Positions 10,586 to 18,577 of a stretch of 64,000 bases of DNA are shown piece by piece. Where the stretch lies: the NCBI GenBank assembly GCA_964430875.1, contig CAYSHP010000007.1, positions 1,736 through 65,735 on the forward strand. Reading direction: 5' to 3'. Source of the stretch: an uncultured Halanaerobiales bacterium (GTDB lineage: Bacteria; Bacillota; Halanaerobiia; Halanaerobiales; M55B127). A program made the translations under genes and the position numbers. The notes below the pieces were generated by a model. It was not told where the DNA came from, made no database searches, and saw only the letters and a list, made by a program, of their open reading frames with translations. Every line of letters begins with the position of its first letter. The stretch's first letter is position 1.

Positions 10586-12580
10586 TTAGGCTATATCACG
10601 AACATCTAATATTAAAGCTACTTCGCCATCCCCAATTATTGTAGCTCCACTTATATTTTTTACATTACCCAGATAATCACTAAGTGATTTAATTACTATC
10701 TCTTGTTGATATAGTAATTCATTAACTATCAATCCCACTTCTTTACCACTAGATTTAACTATTACAACGGACATCTCTTCCTGCTCAGTATAATTATTAT
10801 CTCCCACTTCAATATTTAAACTCTTACGGCTGTCTATAAGGGGTATAGTTTCATTTCTTAAAACTATCACATCATTACCCTTTACCTGTCTGATTTCCTT
10901 AGATTTAATTTTTAAGGTTTCACTTATCGCATTAAGCGGTATTGCAAATACTTCCTCATCTATTTTTACCATAAGGGCATCTTGAATAGCTAATGTTAGA
11001 GGAAGTGATATAACAATCTTAGTACCCTCTTCCTTTTCAGATTTTATGTAAACATCTCCATCTAAGCTTTTTATAGTTCTTTTAACAACATCCATTCCTA
11101 CTCCACGACCAGAAACATTTGAGACCTGGTCAGTAGTGCTTAAGCCCGGTTCAAAGATAAGCTGTAATTTTTTCTCTCTGTCCATTTCTTCAAGTTCTTT
11201 TTGGGTGATCAATTCTTTTTCAACAGCTTTAGCTGTCAATTTATCTATATTAATCCCTGAACCATCATCTTCTACTTCTATAATTATTTCGCTGCCTTTT
11301 TGATAAGCCTTTAACTTTATTTTCCCAGTTTTATCCTTACCCTTTTTAACTCGAGTTTCTGGTTTTTCAATACCGTGATCAACAGCATTTCTCAGTAAAT
11401 GGGTTAAGGGATCTCCCAGTTCATCTATAATAGAACGGTCTAGCTCTGTTTCTTTACCTTTGATTAAAAAATCAATTTCTTTTTGGCTGTCCTTTGATAG
11501 ATCGCGAACCATGCGGGGAAAACGATTAAACATAACTCCGATCGGTTCCATTCTGATCTGCATTACTGTATGATGCAGTTCCATGGTTACCCTATCAAGT
11601 TGAGGCAGTATATCTTTAAATCCTTCCGAATTTATGTTCAGTGCCTCTAAGCGGGTTTTATTAATAAGTAATTCACCAATCATATTCATTAACTTATCTA
11701 ATTTCTTGATTCCCACCCTCACTGTAGAAGATACTGCAAACTTAGAAGAACTACTGTCTTCATTTTTTGCTTTTTGTTTTTCATTATCTGATTTCATATT
11801 CTTATCTGTTGATTCAATATCCATAGCAGTAATATTTATTGCTACTACATCTGTAATATTACTAAGATTATTAACTATATCTTCTCTATTTTCATTTGAA
11901 ATTAATATCATTTTAACTACATCTTCTTCTATTTCTGCTTCATCTACACTTTTTATATCTGGATCTGATTTAAAGATATAGCCCATTTCTTTGGCTTCTT
12001 TCAAAACCATAGAAGCCCTAACTTGTTTAAACTCAGTAACTTTATCTAATTCAGCATTAACAGCATAAACTGTATCTAGCTCTTTTTTGTTTTCTTGAAT
12101 ATTATTTTTTTCAACCTCATTTAAAGTTAGCCTTTTTGAATCAAAGTTATCATTATTATTCTCTATATCTTGATTAGAAGTTTCTTTATGTGCTTTTCCC
12201 TCTTCTATATTATTTTCCAGTTTATGCAAATATACTTCTAAATTAAAATCATCTGTACCCTCATCTTTAATCTGCTTTACTATTTCTTCTATGTAATCTA
12301 TTCCTTCAAATAAAAGGTCTATAATTTCTGTAGTCACATCTATTTTATTATTTCTAACCTTATCCATTAAATTTTCAATTTTATGTGTTAACTCTGTCAA
12401 TACATCAAATCTCATAGTTGCTGACATGCCCTTTAAAGAATGGGCTGCTCTAAATAATGAAGCAACTACTTCTTTATCTTCGGGGTTGTTTTCTAATTTC
12501 AAGATATTATCATTTAATACCATGATGTATTCTTCTGATTCTGCGAAGAACATATCTAAATATTCATTATTATCACTCAA
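10586..12580 (-). CDS. cheA: Chemotaxis histidine kinase CheA
   Basis: 664 aa. Hpt motif AAHSLKGMSATM, HATPase motifs (DDGSGI, GRGVGMDVV) and a C-terminal CheW-like domain. TTG start with a GAGGAGG RBS. Confidence 0.95.
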   Translation of the reverse strand: MSDNNEYLDMFFAESEEYIMVLNDNILKLENNPEDKEVVASLFRAAHSLKGMSATMRFDVLTELTHKIENLMDKVRNNKIDVTTEIIDLLFEGIDYIEEIVKQIKDEGTDDFNLEVYLHKLENNIEEGKAHKETSNQDIENNNDNFDSKRLTLNEVEKNNIQENKKELDTVYAVNAELDKVTEFKQVRASMVLKEAKEMGYIFKSDPDIKSVDEAEIEEDVVKMILISNENREDIVNNLSNITDVVAINITAMDIESTDKNMKSDNEKQKAKNEDSSSSKFAVSSTVRVGIKKLDKLMNMIGELLINKTRLEALNINSEGFKDILPQLDRVTMELHHTVMQIRMEPIGVMFNRFPRMVRDLSKDSQKEIDFLIKGKETELDRSIIDELGDPLTHLLRNAVDHGIEKPETRVKKGKDKTGKIKLKAYQKGSEIIIEVEDDGSGINIDKLTAKAVEKELITQKELEEMDREKKLQLIFEPGLSTTDQVSNVSGRGVGMDVVKRTIKSLDGDVYIKSEKEEGTKIVISLPLTLAIQDALMVKIDEEVFAIPLNAISETLKIKSKEIRQVKGNDVIVLRNETIPLIDSRKSLNIEVGDNNYTEQEEMSVVIVKSSGKEVGLIVNELLYQQEIVIKSLSDYLGNVKNISGATIIGDGEVALILDVRDIA

Positions 12581-12623
12581 TTTCTTTCCTCCTCTATCAT
12601 TATGAACATATCACTTTAACGGC

Positions 12624-12980
12624 TTATATTATTTTATCAATTGCCTCTTTAATTCTCTTTTTGTTAAAAGGTTTCACAATAAAATCTTTAGCCCCAGCTT
12701 CAATTGCTTCTATTACAAGTGATTGTTGACCCATTGCAGAACACATTATTACTTTGGCATCAGAATCAAATTCCATTATTTTTTTTACTGCCTCGATTCC
12801 ATCCATTTCCGGCATGGTTATATCCATTGTTACTAAGTCCGCTCCATGTTTTTGATATGATTCAAAACCTATTTTCCCATTGGCTGCTTCATCTACAATC
12901 TCATGCCCATTATTTTCTAATATGTTTTTTAAATTCATTCGCATAAAAGCTGCATCATCTACTATTAATATTTTTGCCAC
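12624..12980 (-). CDS. cheY: Chemotaxis response regulator CheY
   Basis: 118 aa single REC domain (ILIVDDAAFMR, LVTMDITMPEMDG, KPF). Confidence 0.95.
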   Translation of the reverse strand: MAKILIVDDAAFMRMNLKNILENNGHEIVDEAANGKIGFESYQKHGADLVTMDITMPEMDGIEAVKKIMEFDSDAKVIMCSAMGQQSLVIEAIEAGAKDFIVKPFNKKRIKEAIDKII

Positions 12981-13003
12981 TTTTCATCCGCTCCTTATCA
13001 TTT

Positions 13004-13031
13004 AAAAGAAGAGGCTCTAAGAGCCCCTTCT
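13004..13031 (-). other. Intercistronic stem-loop between mcp and cheY (possible attenuator or mRNA stabiliser)
   Basis: Minus strand AAGAAGGGGCUC-UUA-GAGCCUCUUCUU forms a 12 bp stem with one G-U pair. The following U tract is weak. Confidence 0.4.
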
Positions 13032-13039
13032 TGGTCAAC

Positions 13040-15112
13040 TTATATTTCAAATTGCTCAACTTTACTAGAAAGCTTTTGTGCCATCTCTGAAAGATTTTCT
13101 GATGCTTTAACAATTTCTTCGGTTGAGGCACTTTGTTCTTCACTGGAAGCAGCTACTTCTTCTGCATTACTAGATGCCTGTTCACTAACTGAGGCAACTT
13201 CATCTACAGCTTTTTCTACTTGTGAACTCTTCGCAGCCATATCTTCTGCTGCCTCTGTGATATCTTTAATAAGGCTTCTTAGACTAACTGCTGCAGAATC
13301 AATCTCACCAAAGGAATTCTCAGTTGTTTTAATTGCATCTACGCCATCTTCAACTGCCTCTTCTGCTTTATTCATTTGTTTTATAGTATCTTGAACACCA
13401 TCTTGTATTTCATTGATCAAAGAAGCAATGTTTTCTGTTGCATCAGAAGATTCTTCAGCAAGTTCTCTAATCTCATCTGCAACCACACTAAATCCTCTGC
13501 CAGCTTCTCCTGCTCTAGCTGCCTCTATTGCAGCATTTAAAGCAAGTAGATTGGTCTGGGCCGAAATACCATTAATCAGTTCTACAATATCACCAATTTG
13601 TTCTGATAATTTGCCCAAGTCATCTATCCTATTTGATACAGCCTGTGATTGATTTTTAACTTCTCTGACTTGGTCGATTGAATTATTTATTGAGGTATTA
13701 CCTTCTTTAATATTATCCATAACATTACCAGCTTTTTCATCCATTTCTCCAGACTTTTCTCCCACATTATCAATTCTACCGGCTAAATCTTCAACATTCC
13801 CTTTTGTTTCTTCAATCTGAGCAGTCTGCTCTTCAGCCCCGGAAGCAACTTCTTGAATAGCAGTTCCTACCTGTTCAGCGGAGGCTGAAATCTCTTCACT
13901 GGAAGCTGAAAGCTCTTCACTAGAAGAAGAAAGGTCACTAGCGATTTCTGCCACATCTTCAATTACACCTCGTAAATTATCCTGCATTTTATTTAATGCA
14001 TTTGCTAAAGTCCCTATTTCATCCTCTGAATTAACATCAATTTTTTTAGCTCTCAAATTACCTTGAGCAATCTCTTTAGCAAACTCTACTCCGAGATTAA
14101 CAGGTTTAGTAATACTTCTAGTTATTATAAATGCGATAAGGGCTCCAATTATTAAAGCAACAATTAAAGCTATAATTAAATTTCTAATTGCCGCTGTTTG
14201 CCCCTCTTCCATTTCGGCAAGTTGTAAGTCCTGTAATTCATTTGCACTAGCCAAAAATTCATCAGCTTTAGTTTCCATAGTTGCTTTATTTTGATCTTTG
14301 GTTAGTTCTATTTCATGAATTTGTTGGAATACATTTTCTGTATTATTCAATTGATTTAATATACCCTCTGCTGTTTTAATATCTTTTTCCTCATTAAAGG
14401 AATTTTTAAGTTCCGTTGCTGTTTCTTTAGCAGTTTGGAAAGCAGCTAAAGTACTGTTTGCATATCTTTCCTGCCCTTCTGCATCAGCAAGGTTAATTAT
14501 GTAATTTCTCTCCTGTCTTCCTATATTATCAACATTTTGAACCAACTGATTAGCAAGTAATAAAGTTTGAAGTTTTTGTTCGATATCCCTTATTTCTACA
14601 TTTCCCATTCCACTATTCATATCAGCTATTAGTTCGTCATATTCTTCCTTTTGGGCTTTTTCTAAACTCTCTATTTGACTTTTTAGTTCTTCTTCTACAG
14701 CCACAAATTCAGTTCTAAGTTCATTTTGCTGAAAAAGAGAGTCCGCATAAGAAATAGCGGCTGTTTTATATTGATTAGCAAGAGACTGCATGTTATCAAT
14801 CCTTTTTTTATCAGCCTCTTCTTGCATTAGTTCTTTGGTTTTATCACCGCTTGCCACCATAGAACTTACCATCTGGTCTATATTATCAATATATATTTGT
14901 TCTTCTTGTAACATGAAATTTTTCTCATTTTGTCTAATTTCCAATGTCGTTTCAGCAAAACCAGCTGCATCATTAGAAATCTGAACGTCATGATCGACAT
15001 TATTTAAACCCTGATAACCCACTAATGCCATAATACCAGCTATCAAAATTAAAATTGCAAATCCTCCACCAATTTTAAACCCTAAATTTAAATTCTTAAA
15101 AAATTTTAACAA
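13040..15112 (-). CDS. Methyl-accepting chemotaxis protein (4HB-type sensor, HAMP, MA domain)
   Basis: 690 aa with two TM segments, HAMP and the conserved signalling tip ([33 protein letters not shown]). TTG start with a GGAGGAG RBS. Confidence 0.95.
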   Translation of the reverse strand: MLKFFKNLNLGFKIGGGFAILILIAGIMALVGYQGLNNVDHDVQISNDAAGFAETTLEIRQNEKNFMLQEEQIYIDNIDQMVSSMVASGDKTKELMQEEADKKRIDNMQSLANQYKTAAISYADSLFQQNELRTEFVAVEEELKSQIESLEKAQKEEYDELIADMNSGMGNVEIRDIEQKLQTLLLANQLVQNVDNIGRQERNYIINLADAEGQERYANSTLAAFQTAKETATELKNSFNEEKDIKTAEGILNQLNNTENVFQQIHEIELTKDQNKATMETKADEFLASANELQDLQLAEMEEGQTAAIRNLIIALIVALIIGALIAFIITRSITKPVNLGVEFAKEIAQGNLRAKKIDVNSEDEIGTLANALNKMQDNLRGVIEDVAEIASDLSSSSEELSASSEEISASAEQVGTAIQEVASGAEEQTAQIEETKGNVEDLAGRIDNVGEKSGEMDEKAGNVMDNIKEGNTSINNSIDQVREVKNQSQAVSNRIDDLGKLSEQIGDIVELINGISAQTNLLALNAAIEAARAGEAGRGFSVVADEIRELAEESSDATENIASLINEIQDGVQDTIKQMNKAEEAVEDGVDAIKTTENSFGEIDSAAVSLRSLIKDITEAAEDMAAKSSQVEKAVDEVASVSEQASSNAEEVAASSEEQSASTEEIVKASENLSEMAQKLSSKVEQFEI

Positions 15113-15410
15113 TATTACTCCTCCTTTTAATTATTAGATCATTTATTATTTATCCCAATTTAATTAATTGGGTTTACAACCAATATATTTATATGTTTTG
15201 AAAATTGTGAAATTGAAAACAATTATTAATATTTGTAATATTTATTTCGTAATATATATTAGATCTATTAAATGTGCTGAATGGCTTTTTAGACAATTAT
15301 TCTCCTCTATGATAGTTATAGCTCTTAAATACTTCATTTAAGTATAAATATTAATTAATTTATATATTTATTATTTTCCTGATTATGTTGATAATATTAC
15401 TTAAGTTTGT

Positions 15411-15527
15411 AAATAAAAAAATATGGCCCTTCTTTTTGGCCATAGTATCTATGGTAACCTGGCAGTCTATTTAAAATAGACCCATAGCTTTGCGTCCTTT
15501 TCTTACGAAAAGTTTGCCTTTTTCATC
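15411..15527 (-). promoter_or_regulatory. c-di-GMP-I (GEMM-I) riboswitch aptamer plus intrinsic terminator expression platform
   Basis: The minus-strand RNA carries GGCAAAC-hairpin(GUAA)-GGACGCAAAGCUAUGGGUC...GACUGCCAGGUUACCAUAG. This is followed by UAUGGCC-N9-GGCCAUA and U7. It matches the class I c-di-GMP aptamer core as I remember it (Vc2). Confidence 0.85.
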
Positions 15528-15788
15528 ATATTATTTGATTTTATTATTTTTTATATGGTATTATAATAACATCTATTATAATAAATAACTTATTTTTCCC
15601 TATAAACTTCCTAACTCTTAAAAATTCTTTCATATTATATCACTTTATCTATATTTATTTTATAACAAATATTATAAAATTTCAGTAAAAAATTATAAAA
15701 ATATGTTCTTTATAGTAACTTTTTGTAAAATATTATCAATTTTTAGTGGTTTTGTGTATAATGATATACAATCTGGGGGTTTTTACTT

Positions 15789-16943
15789 TTGGAATATTTT
15801 TCTTCAAGATTAAAGTTATTAAGGAAAGAAAATAATCTTACTCAAAATAAACTCGCAAATATTTTAGGTTATTCAAGATCAACAATAGCTAAATATGAAG
15901 CAGGTCAGATGATCCCCTCGGGCAGTTTTTTATATGATGTTGCAGAATATTTCGAAGTTTCATTAGACTATCTATTAGGCCGAACTAATATCCATGAAAG
16001 TTTTGGTGACTATATTTTATCAAAAGCACCTAGTATATTATTATTTGTAGACCCTAAAGATGGAAAAATAATAGACCACAGTCCCTCTGCTCTCGATTTT
16101 TACGGATATAAAAGACATGAACTTCTTAAAAAAACCATATATGAACTAAATACCCTACCAAAAGATGAAGTTAAAAAATTAATGAAAAAAGCTATTGAAG
16201 CAAAACATAAAACATATTTTTTTAAACATAAACTGTCTAATGATAAAATAAAAGAAGTAAAAGTAACAACTACAAAAGTTACCATCAATAATAGAAAGGT
16301 AATTGGTTCTTTAATTCAAGACCTTAGTATTAGTAATAATAAGAAAGAAGATAATAAACTATCTAAAAATTTATTTCAATCAATTAATAATATAGCTTTA
16401 CAAAATATTCATCATAAAGACCAACATATTTATAATGTCACTAAACTTGCTGCTGATATTGGTAAACATCTCTTTTTATCCACAAAAGATCTAGAAAATC
16501 TAACATTTGCTAGTCAGCTTCAAAATATTGGAGAAGTTAATATACCCCACCATATTATTAATAAGCCAAACATATTAAATGAAAATGAATATTCAATAAT
16601 AAAAAGCCATCCTGTTTTTAGTCTGCAATTACTTAAAAATACTTCTATTAATAAAAAAATAAAAAAAATTATATTACAACATCATGAAAGATTAGATGGT
16701 TCTGGATACCCGAATAATTTAACGAAAAATGAAATTTTAATAGAAGCACAAATTATCGGAGTAGCTGATGTAATAATTGCTATGATATCTAAAAGGCCTT
16801 ACAGAAAATCATTTGATTTAGAAGATGCTTTAAAAGAAATTAATAAAAATAAAGGTATAAAATATAATAAAGAAATAGTAAATATTTGTAATCATATCTT
16901 AAAAAATACTAAATATAAACCTGAATTTAAAGCCAACTATTAA
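15789..16943 (+). CDS. XRE-family HTH / PAS / degenerate HD-GYP protein (candidate c-di-GMP-binding regulator)
   Basis: 384 aa. TTG start with a GGGGG RBS. XRE HTH (LTQNKLANILGYSRSTIAKYEAG) and PAS. The HD-GYP domain has QLQNIGE in place of LHDIGK but retains HHERLDGSGYP. Confidence 0.85.
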   Translation: MEYFSSRLKLLRKENNLTQNKLANILGYSRSTIAKYEAGQMIPSGSFLYDVAEYFEVSLDYLLGRTNIHESFGDYILSKAPSILLFVDPKDGKIIDHSPSALDFYGYKRHELLKKTIYELNTLPKDEVKKLMKKAIEAKHKTYFFKHKLSNDKIKEVKVTTTKVTINNRKVIGSLIQDLSISNNKKEDNKLSKNLFQSINNIALQNIHHKDQHIYNVTKLAADIGKHLFLSTKDLENLTFASQLQNIGEVNIPHHIINKPNILNENEYSIIKSHPVFSLQLLKNTSINKKIKKIILQHHERLDGSGYPNNLTKNEILIEAQIIGVADVIIAMISKRPYRKSFDLEDALKEINKNKGIKYNKEIVNICNHILKNTKYKPEFKANY

Positions 16944-17091
16944 AATCAATAATATAAATTATTATAATAATTGTTTTAGTGAATAAATAATATTGATAAA
17001 CTATTATTTATATCTTTTTTAAAATTTTATTTTAAAGAAAACATAATTTTATAATTGATAAGCTGTTTAATTGAAAAATATTATAAAAATA

Positions 17092-17120
17092 TAAAATCCC
17101 GGTTAACCCGGGATTTTTGT
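17092..17120. terminator. Bidirectional intrinsic terminator between the convergent HTH-HD-GYP gene and hsp20
   Basis: AAAATCCCGG-TTAAC-CCGGGATTTTT: a 7 bp GC-rich stem flanked by A and T tracts. Confidence 0.7.
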
Positions 17121-17131
17121 GGTTCTATTAT

Positions 17132-17575
17132 TTATTTAATATCTATTGTTTTCTTCTTACTTACAGTTTCTTCTTTTTTAGGAAGTTTAATTTCTAATAT
17201 ACCATCGTTGTATTCTGCTTCTATTTCATCTTCTTTGATGTTTTCAATATAGAAACTTCTGCAATAGCTACCTCTTCTTCTTTCTTTTCTAATATATCCT
17301 TCATCTTCTTCTTCAGTGTATTCTTCATTGTTTGCAGAGATGGTTAAATAATTATCATCCATTTCAACCTCAATATCTTCTTTTTTCATACCAGGTAGTT
17401 CAGCATCTATAACATACTTATCATCCTTTTCTTTAACATCAGTTCTGAAACCTAATTTGGAACGGTCCATCACATTGTTAAAGAAACTATCCCAAAGAGC
17501 GTCAAACGGATCTTCACTTCTTTCAGTCATTTCATTTTGACTTCTACGGTTACGACGTGGAATTAAATCAAACAT
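17132..17575 (-). CDS. Small heat-shock protein, Hsp20/alpha-crystallin family
   Basis: The ORF is 17132..17653. The start is moved to ATG at 17575 (RBS AGGAGGTG), giving MFDLIPRR. The alpha-crystallin core is DVKEKDDKYVIDAELPGMKKEDIEVE..DGILEIKLPK. Confidence 0.9.
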   Translation of the reverse strand: MFDLIPRRNRRSQNEMTERSEDPFDALWDSFFNNVMDRSKLGFRTDVKEKDDKYVIDAELPGMKKEDIEVEMDDNYLTISANNEEYTEEEDEGYIRKERRRGSYCRSFYIENIKEDEIEAEYNDGILEIKLPKKEETVSKKKTIDIK

Positions 17576-17596
17576 ACAGACACCTCCTGAAATTTT

Positions 17597-17631
17597 TTTG
17601 ACTTTATCTGTCTTTCTGACCTTTATTGACT
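17597..17631 (-). promoter_or_regulatory. CtsR-like operator (RGTCAAA heptad repeats) overlapping the hsp20 transcription start
   Basis: The minus strand reads AGTCAAT-AAA-GGTCAGA (17631..17615), against the CtsR consensus RGTCAAA-NAN-RGTCAAA. A third perfect AGTCAAA heptad lies at 17603..17597. Confidence 0.5.
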
Positions 17632-17642
17632 TTCTACTTATT

Positions 17643-17670
17643 ATTATAATCATAATATGGAAAATTTCAA
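17643..17670 (-). promoter_or_regulatory. SigA-type promoter of hsp20
   Basis: -35 TTGAAA (17670..17665), 16-nt spacer, -10 TATAAT (17648..17643). Confidence 0.6.
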
Positions 17671-17673
17671 ATA

Positions 17674-17708
17674 TGAAAAATCGGCAATAATTTTACTTAT
17701 TGCCGATT
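17674..17708 (-). terminator. Intrinsic terminator downstream of the PHP gene
   Basis: Minus strand AUCGGCAAUAA-GUAAAA-UUAUUGCCGAU followed by UUUUUC. Confidence 0.7.
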
Positions 17709-17749
17709 AATTAAAATTATCTCAATATATCTTAAATATACTCAATTTT

Positions 17750-18469
17750 TCATTTTTTACTATTCAAAAAATTTAGTACTTTATTAACTGATGAATTTAT
17801 TATATTTTCGTTTGTAATAAGTCCATCATTGATGATTGGGTCTAAATTACTTAAATCCCCAACCATGTCCCGATAATGAGCATCACTATTTAATGCCAAA
17901 TGGTTCCCATTTTCTAATGATAATTTTACTAATTTTCTGGTTAACTTTTTATCTCCTCTACCTTTCATTTCACTTTTATGAGAACTTGCATTAACTTCTA
18001 AAATTACATCAAATTCTTTAGCAGTTTTTACTATTTCTTCTAAATCTACCATATTAGAAAGGTTAATGGGATGGGTAACCATATCTACTAAGGGATTTTT
18101 CATTGCTGCTATAGTTGCTTTTGTATGCTCTTTAACCGTTGTATTGGTATAACCTGTATTCATGTGAATTCCACAGGCTACGAAATCAAGATGCCTAAAA
18201 TATCTTTTTTCTAAATCAAGTGAACCATCATTTAAGATATTAGCTTCAATTCCCTTGAGTATTTTGACTCCTTTGATCTTATCAGGTAGAACCTTTAAAT
18301 TATTAAAATAATTGAAATGAGTTCCACCTGGTAAGGCAGGACCATGGTCAGTTAGAGCAATTAATTTCAATCCTTTATTTTTAGCTTCTTCTGCTATTTC
18401 ATCAATAGTTGAATAAGCATGTCCACTAAATATAGAGTGGACATGCAGGTCTGCTTCAATTTTTATCAA
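17750..18469 (-). CDS. PHP-domain metal-dependent phosphoesterase
   Basis: The ORF is 17750..18478 (GTG). I prefer TTG at 18469 (GGAG 8 nt upstream), giving MIKIEADLHVHS. PHP motifs present: DLHVHS, TDHGP, GIHMN, SDAH. Confidence 0.8.
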   Translation of the reverse strand: MIKIEADLHVHSIFSGHAYSTIDEIAEEAKNKGLKLIALTDHGPALPGGTHFNYFNNLKVLPDKIKGVKILKGIEANILNDGSLDLEKRYFRHLDFVACGIHMNTGYTNTTVKEHTKATIAAMKNPLVDMVTHPINLSNMVDLEEIVKTAKEFDVILEVNASSHKSEMKGRGDKKLTRKLVKLSLENGNHLALNSDAHYRDMVGDLSNLDPIINDGLITNENIINSSVNKVLNFLNSKK

Positions 18470-18577
18470 TTTATTCACTCCTGTATATTACAATTTAACC
18501 TATTATTATTTGAATAATAATTTTTATCAAATAATAGGTAGCTTTTTTGATTTCATCTTTGTCGATAGTAACTCAAT

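Noticed and set aside
12955-13143. 62-aa minus-strand ORF spanning the mcp/cheY junction
   Set aside because: It overlaps the 3' end of mcp and the cheY start in another frame. It has no RBS and a basic, low-complexity translation.
15189-15296. 35-codon TTG-initiated ORF (MSKKPFSTFNRSNIYYEINITNINNCFQFHNFQNI) with a GAGGAG RBS, in the leader between the c-di-GMP riboswitch and mcp
   Set aside because: The Asn/Ile/Phe-rich composition is what random AT-rich sequence encodes. There is no recognisable family and no second line of evidence. It is worth a glance only if ribosome profiling exists.
18497-18540. AT-only hairpin ACCTATTAT..ATAATAGGT between the Lon-like and PHP genes, as a terminator
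   Set aside because: The stem is entirely A/T with a bulge, and no U tract follows it on the coding (minus) strand. Co-transcription of the two genes is the more likely reading.
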